46,736 nt of DNA from a virus (Duplodnaviria; Caudoviricetes). This document shows, piece by piece, positions 1 to 8,824 of this stretch. The stretch is taken from the IMG/VR virus record IMGVR_UViG_3300012943_000014, positions 1-46,736 of that record. One strand, written 5' to 3'. The notes beneath the pieces were generated by a model. That model was not told the origin of the DNA. It was given only the letters and a program-made list of their open reading frames with translations, and searched no databases. Numbering within the stretch: the stretch's first letter is position 1; each line of letters starts with the position of its first letter. The translations under genes and the position numbers were made by a program.

Positions 1-123
1 CAGTGGTGCATGTGGAAGGCGTTCCGCACGCACGCCGTCGTCTCCAACTGACGTAACTACCGCAGGCGGTAACATGCGTTATCGCCTGCGCTGCACGACC
101 CCTGCAACTGCATGCATAGAGAG
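1..123. repeat. Terminal direct repeat, left copy (circular assembly overlap)
   Basis: Identical to 46614-46736. It starts inside the capsid gene, so it is most likely an assembly overlap. Confidence 0.95.
61..90 (+). terminator. Stem-loop after the major capsid stop codon, containing a copy of the dispersed palindrome
   Basis: CGCAGGCGGTAAC-ATGC-GTTATCGCCTGCG forms a 13-bp stem with one G-U pair; no U tract follows. Confidence 0.55.
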
Positions 124-131
124 GACATAGC

Positions 132-518
132 ATGGTCGATCCCGACACCGACACCGACACCGACGACACGCAGCCGACCGAGACGCCCACCAATGAGCCG
201 CCCGTGGACAACGCCGCCGATGCCGACTTCGACGCGTCGGTGCGTGGTGAGGACACGTCGCAGCCCGTCGATCCGCATGCCAACATCCTGCCGCGTGGTG
301 CGCAGAACGCCGACATCGTCGCCGCCAAGCATCAGCTCTCGCAGGAGGCCGCGGAGAATGCCGGTCTGCCGCCGGTCGAGGACGACACCGGTGAGCCGGT
401 CGAGGACGACGACACGACCGAGGACGACGACGAGACGGAGGACCTCGACGACGACGAGGACGATGTCGATCCCGACACCGACCCCGACGAGGAACCCGAC
501 GACCCCGACGCCGTCTGA
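132..518 (+). CDS. Very acidic hypothetical protein (128 aa)
   Basis: RBS AGAGAGGA upstream; Asp/Glu-rich termini; codon usage like the neighbouring genes. Confidence 0.75.
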   Translation: MVDPDTDTDTDDTQPTETPTNEPPVDNAADADFDASVRGEDTSQPVDPHANILPRGAQNADIVAAKHQLSQEAAENAGLPPVEDDTGEPVEDDDTTEDDDETEDLDDDEDDVDPDTDPDEEPDDPDAV

Positions 519-525
519 CGCAACA

Positions 526-554
526 GGCCCATGACGCTGACAGTGTCATGGGCC
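526..554 (+). other. Intergenic inverted repeat (terminator or processing hairpin)
   Basis: GGCCCATGACGCTG / CAGTGTCATGGGCC, with one G-U pair. Confidence 0.6.
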
Positions 555-579
555 GCTATGGTAGGAGAGGACCATACGC

Positions 580-774
580 ATGACGAAGGTAACAGACCCC
601 AGCTTCAACCCGAGTGGCAGCGACAAGATCGCAGCGATCAAGCAGGCCGCGCTCGTGTTCGAGGACGCGATCAAGGCGAACACGCCCGTCGGTCGCAGGC
701 AGTCGCTCGCAGTGACGCATCTGGAGACAGCAGCGATGTACGCTGTCAAGTCCGCAGCGGTCGGTGACGAGTGA
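580..774 (+). CDS. Acb2/Tad1-like helical-hairpin protein (putative nucleotide-signal sponge), 64 aa
   Basis: RBS GGAGAGGA; FNPSG..IAAIK and RRQSLAVTHLETAAMYAVKS resemble the RxxSLAxTxLExAxM(W/Y) signature of this family. Confidence 0.6.
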   Translation: MTKVTDPSFNPSGSDKIAAIKQAALVFEDAIKANTPVGRRQSLAVTHLETAAMYAVKSAAVGDE

Positions 775-1121
775 TGCCGCAGCAAGACATCAAGCCGCGC
801 TTCGAGGTCGAAGCCGTCGCAGGCGTCGTCACCGTGACGAAGTACCGGCGCGATGCCGAGAAGGGCATCAACGAGGAGTACACCGTCGAGGAGCCGTATG
901 GCTTCAACGTGTACTTCCCGAGCGGCAACAGCATCCGCGTGGCGACGCGCGACGAGTTGAAGCGGCTCGGCTTCGATCAGGCACCGGGCCTCATCGACAT
1001 GGAGACTGGCGACGAGGTCAGCAATGGCATCCCGTCGCTCAAGCAGCAGGTGCAGCGGCGCGCAGGTGCGTCCCGTAGCCGCGCCGACACCACATCGGTG
1101 GACGCCAACCAAGGAGACTGA
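771..1121 (+). CDS. Hypothetical protein (116 aa)
   Basis: GTGA overlap with the upstream stop; typical codon usage. Confidence 0.75.
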   Translation: MMPQQDIKPRFEVEAVAGVVTVTKYRRDAEKGINEEYTVEEPYGFNVYFPSGNSIRVATRDELKRLGFDQAPGLIDMETGDEVSNGIPSLKQQVQRRAGASRSRADTTSVDANQGD

Positions 1122-1123
1122 CG

Positions 1124-2194
1124 ATGGTGCAGTTGCACACGACCTCGCCGTTGCAGCCGATGGGGCACACGTCGTTCCTGCCCGGAGCGGGGTACGTGTA
1201 CGACATCGAGCACCGCAGCGGCCTCGCCATGCCGACGCTCTATCTGTACGACATCGACGGCTCGCTGGCGTATCCGATGGGCAAGAGCATCCGCTGCCCC
1301 GTCGATGTCGGTGCGTGCGTCGCAGGTGGCGGGCTCGTCAAGGGCTACGACATGTACGGGCAGTACGTCGAGGACGACAGCGGCACGGTCGCGTTCGCGT
1401 CCATCGTGGAGGCCGACCCCGGTGCCACGTGGACGAACCAGTTCGGTCTGCCGTACCGCTATCTCGCCGAAGCAGCGACGCCCAACGCGGACGTGACCAT
1501 CACGCCGCCCGATGACGACGCCGGTGACGCGCGCGGCACGTTCGCATTCGCAGGCACGCTGCCGGGCGAGTTCGTGGTGCCGTACATGGTGGACCAGACG
1601 CAGACGTTCGGCAAGCCGTACAGCGACCGCATGAAGTCGCCCGAGTTCGACACGCAGACGCTCACCGTCAACGGCACCGTCACGTCGGCGGGCCTTGTCA
1701 CCATCCCGATCCCATCGACCGGTGGCACCGAAGTACCGTGTCAGGTGCGCTATCCCGATGGCTTCGAGGAGTACAAGCTCACGGGCGCGACCTCGACGCA
1801 CACGCTGTCGGAGCTGTGGATGGCGCAGTACGGTAGGCAGATCGGTGCCGACAGTGCGGCGCTCAAGCGGCTCGTCACCGTCGATCCGCTCGGCAACGAG
1901 TACGCGCCCGTGTATGTCACGCTGACGGGCAACGTGTCGCCCGACATGGTGGCAGACGAGCCCGAGGTCGATGCGGCGTCCATCGACAACGTCGAGCAGG
2001 AGGCGTTCACCGTGGCGTCGCCCGAGACGGACACGACGCCCGAAGCAGAGCCCGCCCCGGCACCGTGGGCGACGATGACGCATGCGCAGATCGACCAGCA
2101 CATGCTCGATACGAACACGGAACCGCCGACTGGATGGGGCAGTATGTCGCTCACGCAGAAGCGTGCGTGGCTCGACGACCAGCCGGCTACGTAA
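1124..2194 (+). CDS. Hypothetical virion-associated protein (356 aa)
   Basis: RBS AAGGAG; lies between capsid and adaptor; beta-rich body, acidic linker and small C-terminal helical domain. Confidence 0.65.
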   Translation: MVQLHTTSPLQPMGHTSFLPGAGYVYDIEHRSGLAMPTLYLYDIDGSLAYPMGKSIRCPVDVGACVAGGGLVKGYDMYGQYVEDDSGTVAFASIVEADPGATWTNQFGLPYRYLAEAATPNADVTITPPDDDAGDARGTFAFAGTLPGEFVVPYMVDQTQTFGKPYSDRMKSPEFDTQTLTVNGTVTSAGLVTIPIPSTGGTEVPCQVRYPDGFEEYKLTGATSTHTLSELWMAQYGRQIGADSAALKRLVTVDPLGNEYAPVYVTLTGNVSPDMVADEPEVDAASIDNVEQEAFTVASPETDTTPEAEPAPAPWATMTHAQIDQHMLDTNTEPPTGWGSMSLTQKRAWLDDQPAT

Positions 2195-2198
2195 CGCG

Positions 2199-2272
2199 CT
2201 CCGTCGTCGGTGGTGCGTACTGCGGTGGCGTGGTGATCCTCTCTCACCGCGTCACCGCTCCCCAACGGAGGC
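2199..2272 (+). promoter_or_regulatory. Structured intergenic leader upstream of the adaptor gene
   Basis: 15-bp stem 2222-2236/2244-2258 with two G-U pairs; CTCCGT at 2199 can pair with ACGGAG of the RBS. Confidence 0.5.
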
Positions 2273-2276
2273 GTAG

Positions 2277-2957
2277 ATGGCGCAGACACTCTCCCAGCTA
2301 GTTCAGCGAACGATCACCCGACTGTCGATGGTCGCGGGCGTGTCCGTGCAGATATACGCTGAGGATCGCATCGCAGAGATGATCCAGCACAAGTTCATCA
2401 TCGTGCGTGATGAGCTGTGGTGGGACGAGATGATGGAGTACGTGACGCTTACGCAGGATGCCAACGGGCGTCCCATCGAGAACGTGGTGCGTGAGCTACC
2501 GCTGGCACCGGTCGGCGATGAGATTGTCATCAACGCGTTCAACGACGTGCAGTTCACGTGGCGACCGGGTGATCGGCGACCGCTACGGAGCATGAACCGT
2601 CGCTGGAACCCCGCAGGTGTGCTGGTAGCTGGCCGCACGCAGTACGCAATGAGCGACGCAGCGAAGGTGATCCGCTTCGTACCGTTCGAGGCGGGCAAGC
2701 AGATGCTCGTGCGCTACATGACGTACTACGGCACGTTCAAGCCCGAGGACTACGTGCCGATGGATGACCAGTTGCTCATCCTCGGCGCAGCGTACGACTA
2801 CCTAGAGGACGACGGTACGAACCCCGGACAGACCGAGAAGTTCCGCAACATGTTCAACGACCGCCTGCGTCAGCTCAAGGGCGCAGAGAATGACCGCGAG
2901 ATCGAGCTGTCACCGATGCCGTATAGCAATGCTAACGGCTGGCAGGTGACTGCCTGA
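2277..2957 (+). CDS. Head-tail adaptor / tail tubular protein A-like (226 aa)
   Basis: Size and position before the nozzle; N-terminal helix TLSQLVQRTITRL; PMDDQLLILGAAYDY helix typical of podovirus adaptors. Confidence 0.65.
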   Translation: MAQTLSQLVQRTITRLSMVAGVSVQIYAEDRIAEMIQHKFIIVRDELWWDEMMEYVTLTQDANGRPIENVVRELPLAPVGDEIVINAFNDVQFTWRPGDRRPLRSMNRRWNPAGVLVAGRTQYAMSDAAKVIRFVPFEAGKQMLVRYMTYYGTFKPEDYVPMDDQLLILGAAYDYLEDDGTNPGQTEKFRNMFNDRLRQLKGAENDREIELSPMPYSNANGWQVTA

Positions 2958-4921
2958 TGTTCGCGTCCCCGCAGCTTGCCAACGTCCGCTCGCGTAGCAA
3001 TGCGCTAGAGGACGCGACTGTGCGCGAGTTCAGCGGTGGCTGGAACGTCGTTGACAACGACTTGAACCTCGCAACGCGGTTCTCGGTCGTGCTCGACAAC
3101 ATGACGCGCGAGGAAGATGGCAGCATGGGCATCCGCTGGGGGACGCGGATGCTCCGTGACCTCGCCCTCGCGCCAGTGTCGATGACGGGCACGCAGTACG
3201 TGGTCAACATCACGTACTTCCAAGACAGCGTCGTAACAGTGTTATCAGATGGCCGCATCTCGCGCACGCTTGGTGACGGCACCACGACGGTCGTGTGGAA
3301 CACTGCCATCGCTGCGGCACTCACCGGTGGGCCAGCAGCATGGGGCGCGACGGTGTTCGCGTCGTTCGCCATCTTCAACGGCAAGCTGATCGCGTGCAAC
3401 GGCGTGGACAAGCCGCTGATCATCGACTTCACGAATGCCAAGCCGGTGCAGTATCTCGCGGACGAGGGCACGGGCACGAACGTCAACGTGCCCATCTGTC
3501 GCTACGTCGTCGCGATGAACAAGTACCTCGTCATGGCAGGCGATCCGCTGCACCCCGACCGCGTGCATATTAGCAACCAGAACACGAGCGGCACGTGGTA
3601 CGGCGACGCGGCACCGAACGACGCGACGTACGTGGACCTCGGCAAGGTCGGCGTGCAGGGCGAGCAGGTGATCACCGGGATCAATCGGTACCGCGACCAG
3701 CTAGTCGCGTCGTTCTTCTCTGCGTCGGTGCTAGGCAAGCTCGGCATCTACTCGGCAGATACGCCCCCGGTGCATCAGCCCGACTTCAACGACGTGATCG
3801 AGGGCTATGGCTGTCACGCACATCGCAGCATGGTCAACCTCGGCAACGACCTGTTCTGCCTTGACAGCCTCGGCGTGATCAGCATTGCGCGGTCGCTGTA
3901 CTCTGGCAGCACTGAGCCCAAGCGTGTCAGCGAGCTGATCGACCCAGCGGTCAATCGCAACGTGACGCGTCTGCTAGAGGCCGACACCGTGCTCGGTGCG
4001 CATGCTGTGTACAACAGCAACGACAAGCAGTACATGTGCTTCGTCCCCAATCACAGTGCGACGTGGCGTCGGCTGGGCGCGGACCCGTTTCAGGTGCTCG
4101 CCACCGACAAGAAGTCGCTATGGGTGCGCGTCCCGAACCATCCGTTCGAGGTCGGCGACATCGTGCGCTTCCGCAACGTGACCGCGTTCAACACGGTGAC
4201 GCCCGCGAAGCTGAACAACGTGGACATCGAGATCGAGCGCGTGATCAACACGAACATCGTGCAGATCACGCCAACGACGGACATCACCACGGACCCGAAC
4301 AGCACGCTGACGGGTGGCGGTGCGACGGTAGACTACCAGCCGCAGTGGACGGAGACGTACGGCTACATCTACACGTTCGTCAACGAGTTGAAGATACGCG
4401 CGTGGGCACGGTTCCGTGGGTGGCGGTGGCGCGCGTCATGCCGCACGGAGCTAGGCAGCGTGATCTTCGCAGACGATAAGAAGCTGTACACGTATGGTGA
4501 CGGGAACAACCCGATCTACCAAGACTTCGAGGGCACGCCCGCCGTCTCGCCGATAGCGTTCGCGTGGGAGCTACCGTGGGCCGACTTCGACAAGCGCATG
4601 CACGAGAAGCATACGCGCTACATGCAGCTCGACACGCGCGGCACTGCGACGTTCACCATGATGATGTTCGTTGACGGGCTGTACAAGCTCGATGGGCTGC
4701 TTATCCCTAACAATGTTATCACCCTCGTCGGTGGTGACAACGGCGGCTACGGCAATGGGCAGCAGCCATACGGCGGTGGCAGGCGCACGCAGGACCAGCG
4801 GCTATACGCGTGGACGGCACGCGGCAAGCTGTTCAAGCTACGCTTCGAGGGCATCATCGCAGAGCCGCTGAACGTGGTCGCCATCTCGCTGCTGTACCAG
4901 AATGGGAGCATCAGGCGATGA
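2957..4921 (+). CDS. Tail nozzle / tail tubular protein B-like (654 aa)
   Basis: N-terminal FSGGWN..DN..G...RWG pattern; beta-propeller-like segments; AWARF near the C-terminus; TGATG coupling. Confidence 0.75.
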   Translation: MFASPQLANVRSRSNALEDATVREFSGGWNVVDNDLNLATRFSVVLDNMTREEDGSMGIRWGTRMLRDLALAPVSMTGTQYVVNITYFQDSVVTVLSDGRISRTLGDGTTTVVWNTAIAAALTGGPAAWGATVFASFAIFNGKLIACNGVDKPLIIDFTNAKPVQYLADEGTGTNVNVPICRYVVAMNKYLVMAGDPLHPDRVHISNQNTSGTWYGDAAPNDATYVDLGKVGVQGEQVITGINRYRDQLVASFFSASVLGKLGIYSADTPPVHQPDFNDVIEGYGCHAHRSMVNLGNDLFCLDSLGVISIARSLYSGSTEPKRVSELIDPAVNRNVTRLLEADTVLGAHAVYNSNDKQYMCFVPNHSATWRRLGADPFQVLATDKKSLWVRVPNHPFEVGDIVRFRNVTAFNTVTPAKLNNVDIEIERVINTNIVQITPTTDITTDPNSTLTGGGATVDYQPQWTETYGYIYTFVNELKIRAWARFRGWRWRASCRTELGSVIFADDKKLYTYGDGNNPIYQDFEGTPAVSPIAFAWELPWADFDKRMHEKHTRYMQLDTRGTATFTMMMFVDGLYKLDGLLIPNNVITLVGGDNGGYGNGQQPYGGGRRTQDQRLYAWTARGKLFKLRFEGIIAEPLNVVAISLLYQNGSIRR

Positions 4922-6852
4922 CCGGTCCCTATCGTCCGCGTCGGTTCCTGCCCGGCATCTTCGGTGCCGATGTGCCGTACGACGTGACGCTGCCACCCGC
5001 GTATCAGGCGCTCGCTGACGAGGGCAACGGTCCCGTCGCGGGCTACACGAATGTGTTCGACTTCAACCTCATCAACTTCAATTGGGTGACGTGGCACGAC
5101 TACGAGTGGCAGAATTGGATACAGGTCGATGCACTGCTCAACACTGCCATCGGGTTCCTCAACATCAAGGGCATCTGGCGTCCGCTGACTACGTACACCG
5201 CTGGCGATGGCGTGTACGATCCGACGGACACCAGCAAGTTCTATCGCGCGAACGACGCGCACACGTCCTCGACTGACTTCGCGACGGACATCGCGGCAGG
5301 GCACTGGACACTTGTGACGGAGCTAGGCCCGCCCGTCGAGAGCGTGTTCGGGCGCACCGGCAACGTGATTGCGGCTGCGGGCGACTACGCGGCGTTCTAC
5401 CCGAGCATCGCATCCGTCGATGCGAAGAACGCGACGCAGGACACGGCAATCACCAATGCTGCCAGTGCTGCCGCTGCTGCGAACACGAATGCCAACAATC
5501 GCGTGCTCAAGGCTGGCGACACGATGACGGGGCCACTCGTGCTGCCCGCTGCTGCACCGACGCTCAATGCGCATGCAGCGAACAAGGCGTACGTGGACAG
5601 CGTTGCAGGTGCAGCGGGTGGACCGTTCCTGCCGCTGACCGGTGGTACGTTGAACGGTGGACTGACGATTGACCTGACCGTCAGCAATCCGACCGGCAGC
5701 ACCTATCCGTTCGCGGTCAGGGGCAATTCGGGGCAGGCTGTGTACGCCCTGCGACTGCTGAATGCTGACGCGTCGTTGGAGCGGCTCGCGCTCTACTCGA
5801 CCGCAGCGAACGATGTCGTCCTGCGTAACCGGGCCAACACTGCTTCGACCGTCAGCTACCTGCAACTGAATGCTGATGGCAGCGGCCTCCTCAGCGCGCC
5901 CGCTGGATGGACGATGCCCGGTCCACTCGCGTTGGGCGGTGCGGTGCCCGTGCTGGAGTTCGACAGCACCGCTGCTGCATCACCTGCCGGACACTACCGC
6001 TTCGTGAACGACGGTGCGACGTTCATGCTGCAAGCTGCAAAGACCGCCAACTTCGCCACCGTCGATCCAATCTGGCAAATCCGCACCGTCGTCAGCGGTG
6101 GCACCGACACGTTCAACATCTACAAGGGCGTGAGCATCGGTGGTGAAATCGGTGGCACCACCGTCAACCTGAAACTCGACAGCACCTACCCGAGCATCTG
6201 GTTCGCGGACAGCACACCAGCAGGCAGTTACCCCAACCTGCTGCTGACAGTAGGCAACAGCAATTTCCGCTTCTCGCAAGGCGACGCGAACGGTGCCGTC
6301 GTGGCAACGTTCCTGTGGGCGTCACCGATTGAGGTACAGACGGTCCCGCTCACGAAGCTGGCGGCTGGTCATGGAACTGTCGAAGTCGGCATGGCGACGA
6401 CCTCGCAGATCAAGTTCCAGCGCACCAGCAGCTACAACTACTTGCAGGTGCCTGACGGTGCTATCATGCGCGTCAACAATGCCAGCGGTGTGGCGTGGGC
6501 AACGGTCAGCAGCGCGTCCGGTTGGGCGGCGGGCACGAGCGATGCACGGCTGAAAGAGAACGTCGCTGACATACACTACGGCCTCGACACCATCATGGCA
6601 CTGCGCCCGGTGGAGTTCGACTGGATCGCAGAGCAGCGGCACGACATCGGCTTCATCGCGCAGGAAGTCGAACCGCTCATCCCCGAGATTGTCGAGATAT
6701 GGCCCGCTGATCCCGATATCGAAGGCGACCTCGACACGTACGCCATGCGCAAGGATGCAGTTGTTGCAGTGCTCGTGCGTGCGGTGCAGGAGCAGCAAGA
6801 GCAGATCATCGCGCTGACAGAGCGCATCACGTCGCTGGAGAGGACAGCATGA
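4918..6852 (+). CDS. Tail fibre/spike with C-terminal intramolecular chaperone (peptidase S74-like), 644 aa
   Basis: SDARLKENV..LRPVEFDW..GFIAQEVE..PEIV followed by a coiled coil; KAGDTMTGPL and AANKAYVD fibre motifs; ATGA-overlap start at 4918. Confidence 0.9.
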   Translation: MTGPYRPRRFLPGIFGADVPYDVTLPPAYQALADEGNGPVAGYTNVFDFNLINFNWVTWHDYEWQNWIQVDALLNTAIGFLNIKGIWRPLTTYTAGDGVYDPTDTSKFYRANDAHTSSTDFATDIAAGHWTLVTELGPPVESVFGRTGNVIAAAGDYAAFYPSIASVDAKNATQDTAITNAASAAAAANTNANNRVLKAGDTMTGPLVLPAAAPTLNAHAANKAYVDSVAGAAGGPFLPLTGGTLNGGLTIDLTVSNPTGSTYPFAVRGNSGQAVYALRLLNADASLERLALYSTAANDVVLRNRANTASTVSYLQLNADGSGLLSAPAGWTMPGPLALGGAVPVLEFDSTAAASPAGHYRFVNDGATFMLQAAKTANFATVDPIWQIRTVVSGGTDTFNIYKGVSIGGEIGGTTVNLKLDSTYPSIWFADSTPAGSYPNLLLTVGNSNFRFSQGDANGAVVATFLWASPIEVQTVPLTKLAAGHGTVEVGMATTSQIKFQRTSSYNYLQVPDGAIMRVNNASGVAWATVSSASGWAAGTSDARLKENVADIHYGLDTIMALRPVEFDWIAEQRHDIGFIAQEVEPLIPEIVEIWPADPDIEGDLDTYAMRKDAVVAVLVRAVQEQQEQIIALTERITSLERTA

Positions 6853-8360
6853 AGGACAAGATCAAGGTCGCAGGCTCATCCGCGTGGCGGTTCCTCGTCA
6901 ACGGCAGCGAGGTCGCGCGCGGTGATGCATCGACGAGCGGTGACACGTCACTCGTGTTGCAGGTCGATCAGCCGTGGACGCTCACTGCGACGCCCGATGG
7001 TGTGCAAGACCCCGGCCCCGACCCCGAGCCGCCTGATCCCGGTCCCGATCCCGAACCAAGCGGCGACTGGCCTGTCATCCCGCAGTCGATGGTTGACACT
7101 GCGCTCAAGTTCCCGCTGATCAAGTACGGCAACAAGGGCAACAGCAACTGCAACTACGGTGCGCTCGGCACTGCGCTGTTCACGACGGTATATGCGTACA
7201 TCGGCGGTGACGAACGCAGCGATGTTCGTAACAATGTTACGGCCATCCTCGGTCAGCTCACCTCCCCAGACAAGGGACCGTGCGGCATGAATGGCCCCGG
7301 TGCGCAGTTGGAGGCACTGGCGCTGACGTGGTTCCACATGTACCGCCGCAGCGACCTGTGGGCTGGTACGAGTGACAACGTGAAGGCGCGCATTGACGCC
7401 ATCTTCCATGCACTCGCGCTCATCCGTGCGTGGGAGGGCAATGACAGCAGCAAGTCGCACGGTGAGTGGACCATCACTGGCATGAAGGGCACCGACTTCA
7501 AGGATGTCGGTCCCAACATCAGCTTCCCGATCCCCGCCGTGCTGATCCTGTGCGGTGAGTGGTTCGGCTACGACGAGCTGAACACGTTCCTCAACAGCAC
7601 GAGCATCGCAGCGGTGCGCAGTGAAGTGAAGTCGGCGTTCGGTGGTACGAGCGGCAACCTGTACAAGACGCTCAACTGGCGCAATGCGGGCATCAGTGAG
7701 AGCGAGCAGGAGCAATACTACCGCAGTGACACGTCCGCTGCTGCACCGAGTGACAGTGACATCAATGCGTCGCTCGCGAACCTGAAATACTACGGCGCAC
7801 CGATGACGGACCTCGCCAAGTTCCTGCTGCCGAACGACGAGCGCGGGCTGAACAAGGTGCTGCCGCCGTCCAAGCGCACTGCGGGCAGCAACAAGTACGT
7901 CGGGGTCAACCAGTACGCTGTCGATGGCGACAAGGGTGTGACCGTTGACGGCAAGAAGCGTGGCTACTGCCTCGGCGATACCAGCAAGATGCCGCACCAT
8001 CCCGGTGAGGGCGCGATGGTGTACGAGATCAACGGCGTCGATGGCGGTGGCATCCGCAGCGCGATGGGCTATGCGTTCTGGACGGTGTACATCACCAACT
8101 GCATGCTGCTGCCGATGGCTGCGAACAGCAACATCGCGTTCGAGGACGACGGCGTTGACGACTTCATGGAGCGGTGGTCGCAGGCGTACGACATCATGTC
8201 GTTCTTCGACGAGGAGGACTACAACAGCATCGCGCACATCGGCACGAAGAACAACGGCGGGCCGGGACCGATCGTGTGGAGCGAGGGACGCGACAGTTGG
8301 CACCCGGACATCCAGTTCTTCTTCTGGGACGCCATCATGCAGATCGTGCATCCGTCGTGA
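6849..8360 (+). CDS. Large tail-associated protein with Pro-rich linker (possible depolymerase), 503 aa
   Basis: RBS GGAGAGGA; short N-terminal domain, DPGPDPEP repeated twice, then a large aromatic-rich domain. Function is inferred only. Confidence 0.5.
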   Translation: MKDKIKVAGSSAWRFLVNGSEVARGDASTSGDTSLVLQVDQPWTLTATPDGVQDPGPDPEPPDPGPDPEPSGDWPVIPQSMVDTALKFPLIKYGNKGNSNCNYGALGTALFTTVYAYIGGDERSDVRNNVTAILGQLTSPDKGPCGMNGPGAQLEALALTWFHMYRRSDLWAGTSDNVKARIDAIFHALALIRAWEGNDSSKSHGEWTITGMKGTDFKDVGPNISFPIPAVLILCGEWFGYDELNTFLNSTSIAAVRSEVKSAFGGTSGNLYKTLNWRNAGISESEQEQYYRSDTSAAAPSDSDINASLANLKYYGAPMTDLAKFLLPNDERGLNKVLPPSKRTAGSNKYVGVNQYAVDGDKGVTVDGKKRGYCLGDTSKMPHHPGEGAMVYEINGVDGGGIRSAMGYAFWTVYITNCMLLPMAANSNIAFEDDGVDDFMERWSQAYDIMSFFDEEDYNSIAHIGTKNNGGPGPIVWSEGRDSWHPDIQFFFWDAIMQIVHPS

Positions 8361-8824
8361 CACATGTTACCATCGCCACGCCGACAGACGCGCAGTTGCT
8401 GGCCGGTGTTCGGCTGGCGATGGACATGTGGAACGAGAGCCCGACGTACCGTGACATGCCGAAGGACGTGAACAAGGTCATCGAGTATGCATACACCATG
8501 CGTCAGTCGCCCGAAGCGTGCGTTCGTGTGGCGCTCGTCGATGACGATACGGTGCAGGGCTTTATCGTCGGCACAGTCGGCGAATATGGGTTTGCCCATG
8601 TCCGTTTCGCGACCGACGAGATGCTATTCGTTGCGAAAGACGCGCGGCGTGGTGCGGTCGCGAGAGAACTGATCGGCGCATTCGAGGCATGGGCACGTGA
8701 GCAACGTGCATCGCGCATCTTCCTCGGCGTCACAACCGGTGTGCATACGGAGCGCACCGAGAAGTTGTACAACGCACTCGGGTACGCCACCGTGGGCGTG
8801 CTGACGATGAAGGAGATAAGCTGA
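8357..8824 (+). CDS. GNAT-family acetyltransferase (155 aa)
   Basis: LFVAKDARRGAVARELIGAFEAWA and LYNALGY GNAT motifs; GTGA-overlap start; precedes the ejection proteins. Confidence 0.85.
   Translation: MTHVTIATPTDAQLLAGVRLAMDMWNESPTYRDMPKDVNKVIEYAYTMRQSPEACVRVALVDDDTVQGFIVGTVGEYGFAHVRFATDEMLFVAKDARRGAVARELIGAFEAWAREQRASRIFLGVTTGVHTERTEKLYNALGYATVGVLTMKEIS

Noticed and set aside
1-123. The 123-bp repeat as a biological terminal repeat
   Set aside because: It begins mid-capsid gene, which fits a circular assembly overlap. The true ends need read data.
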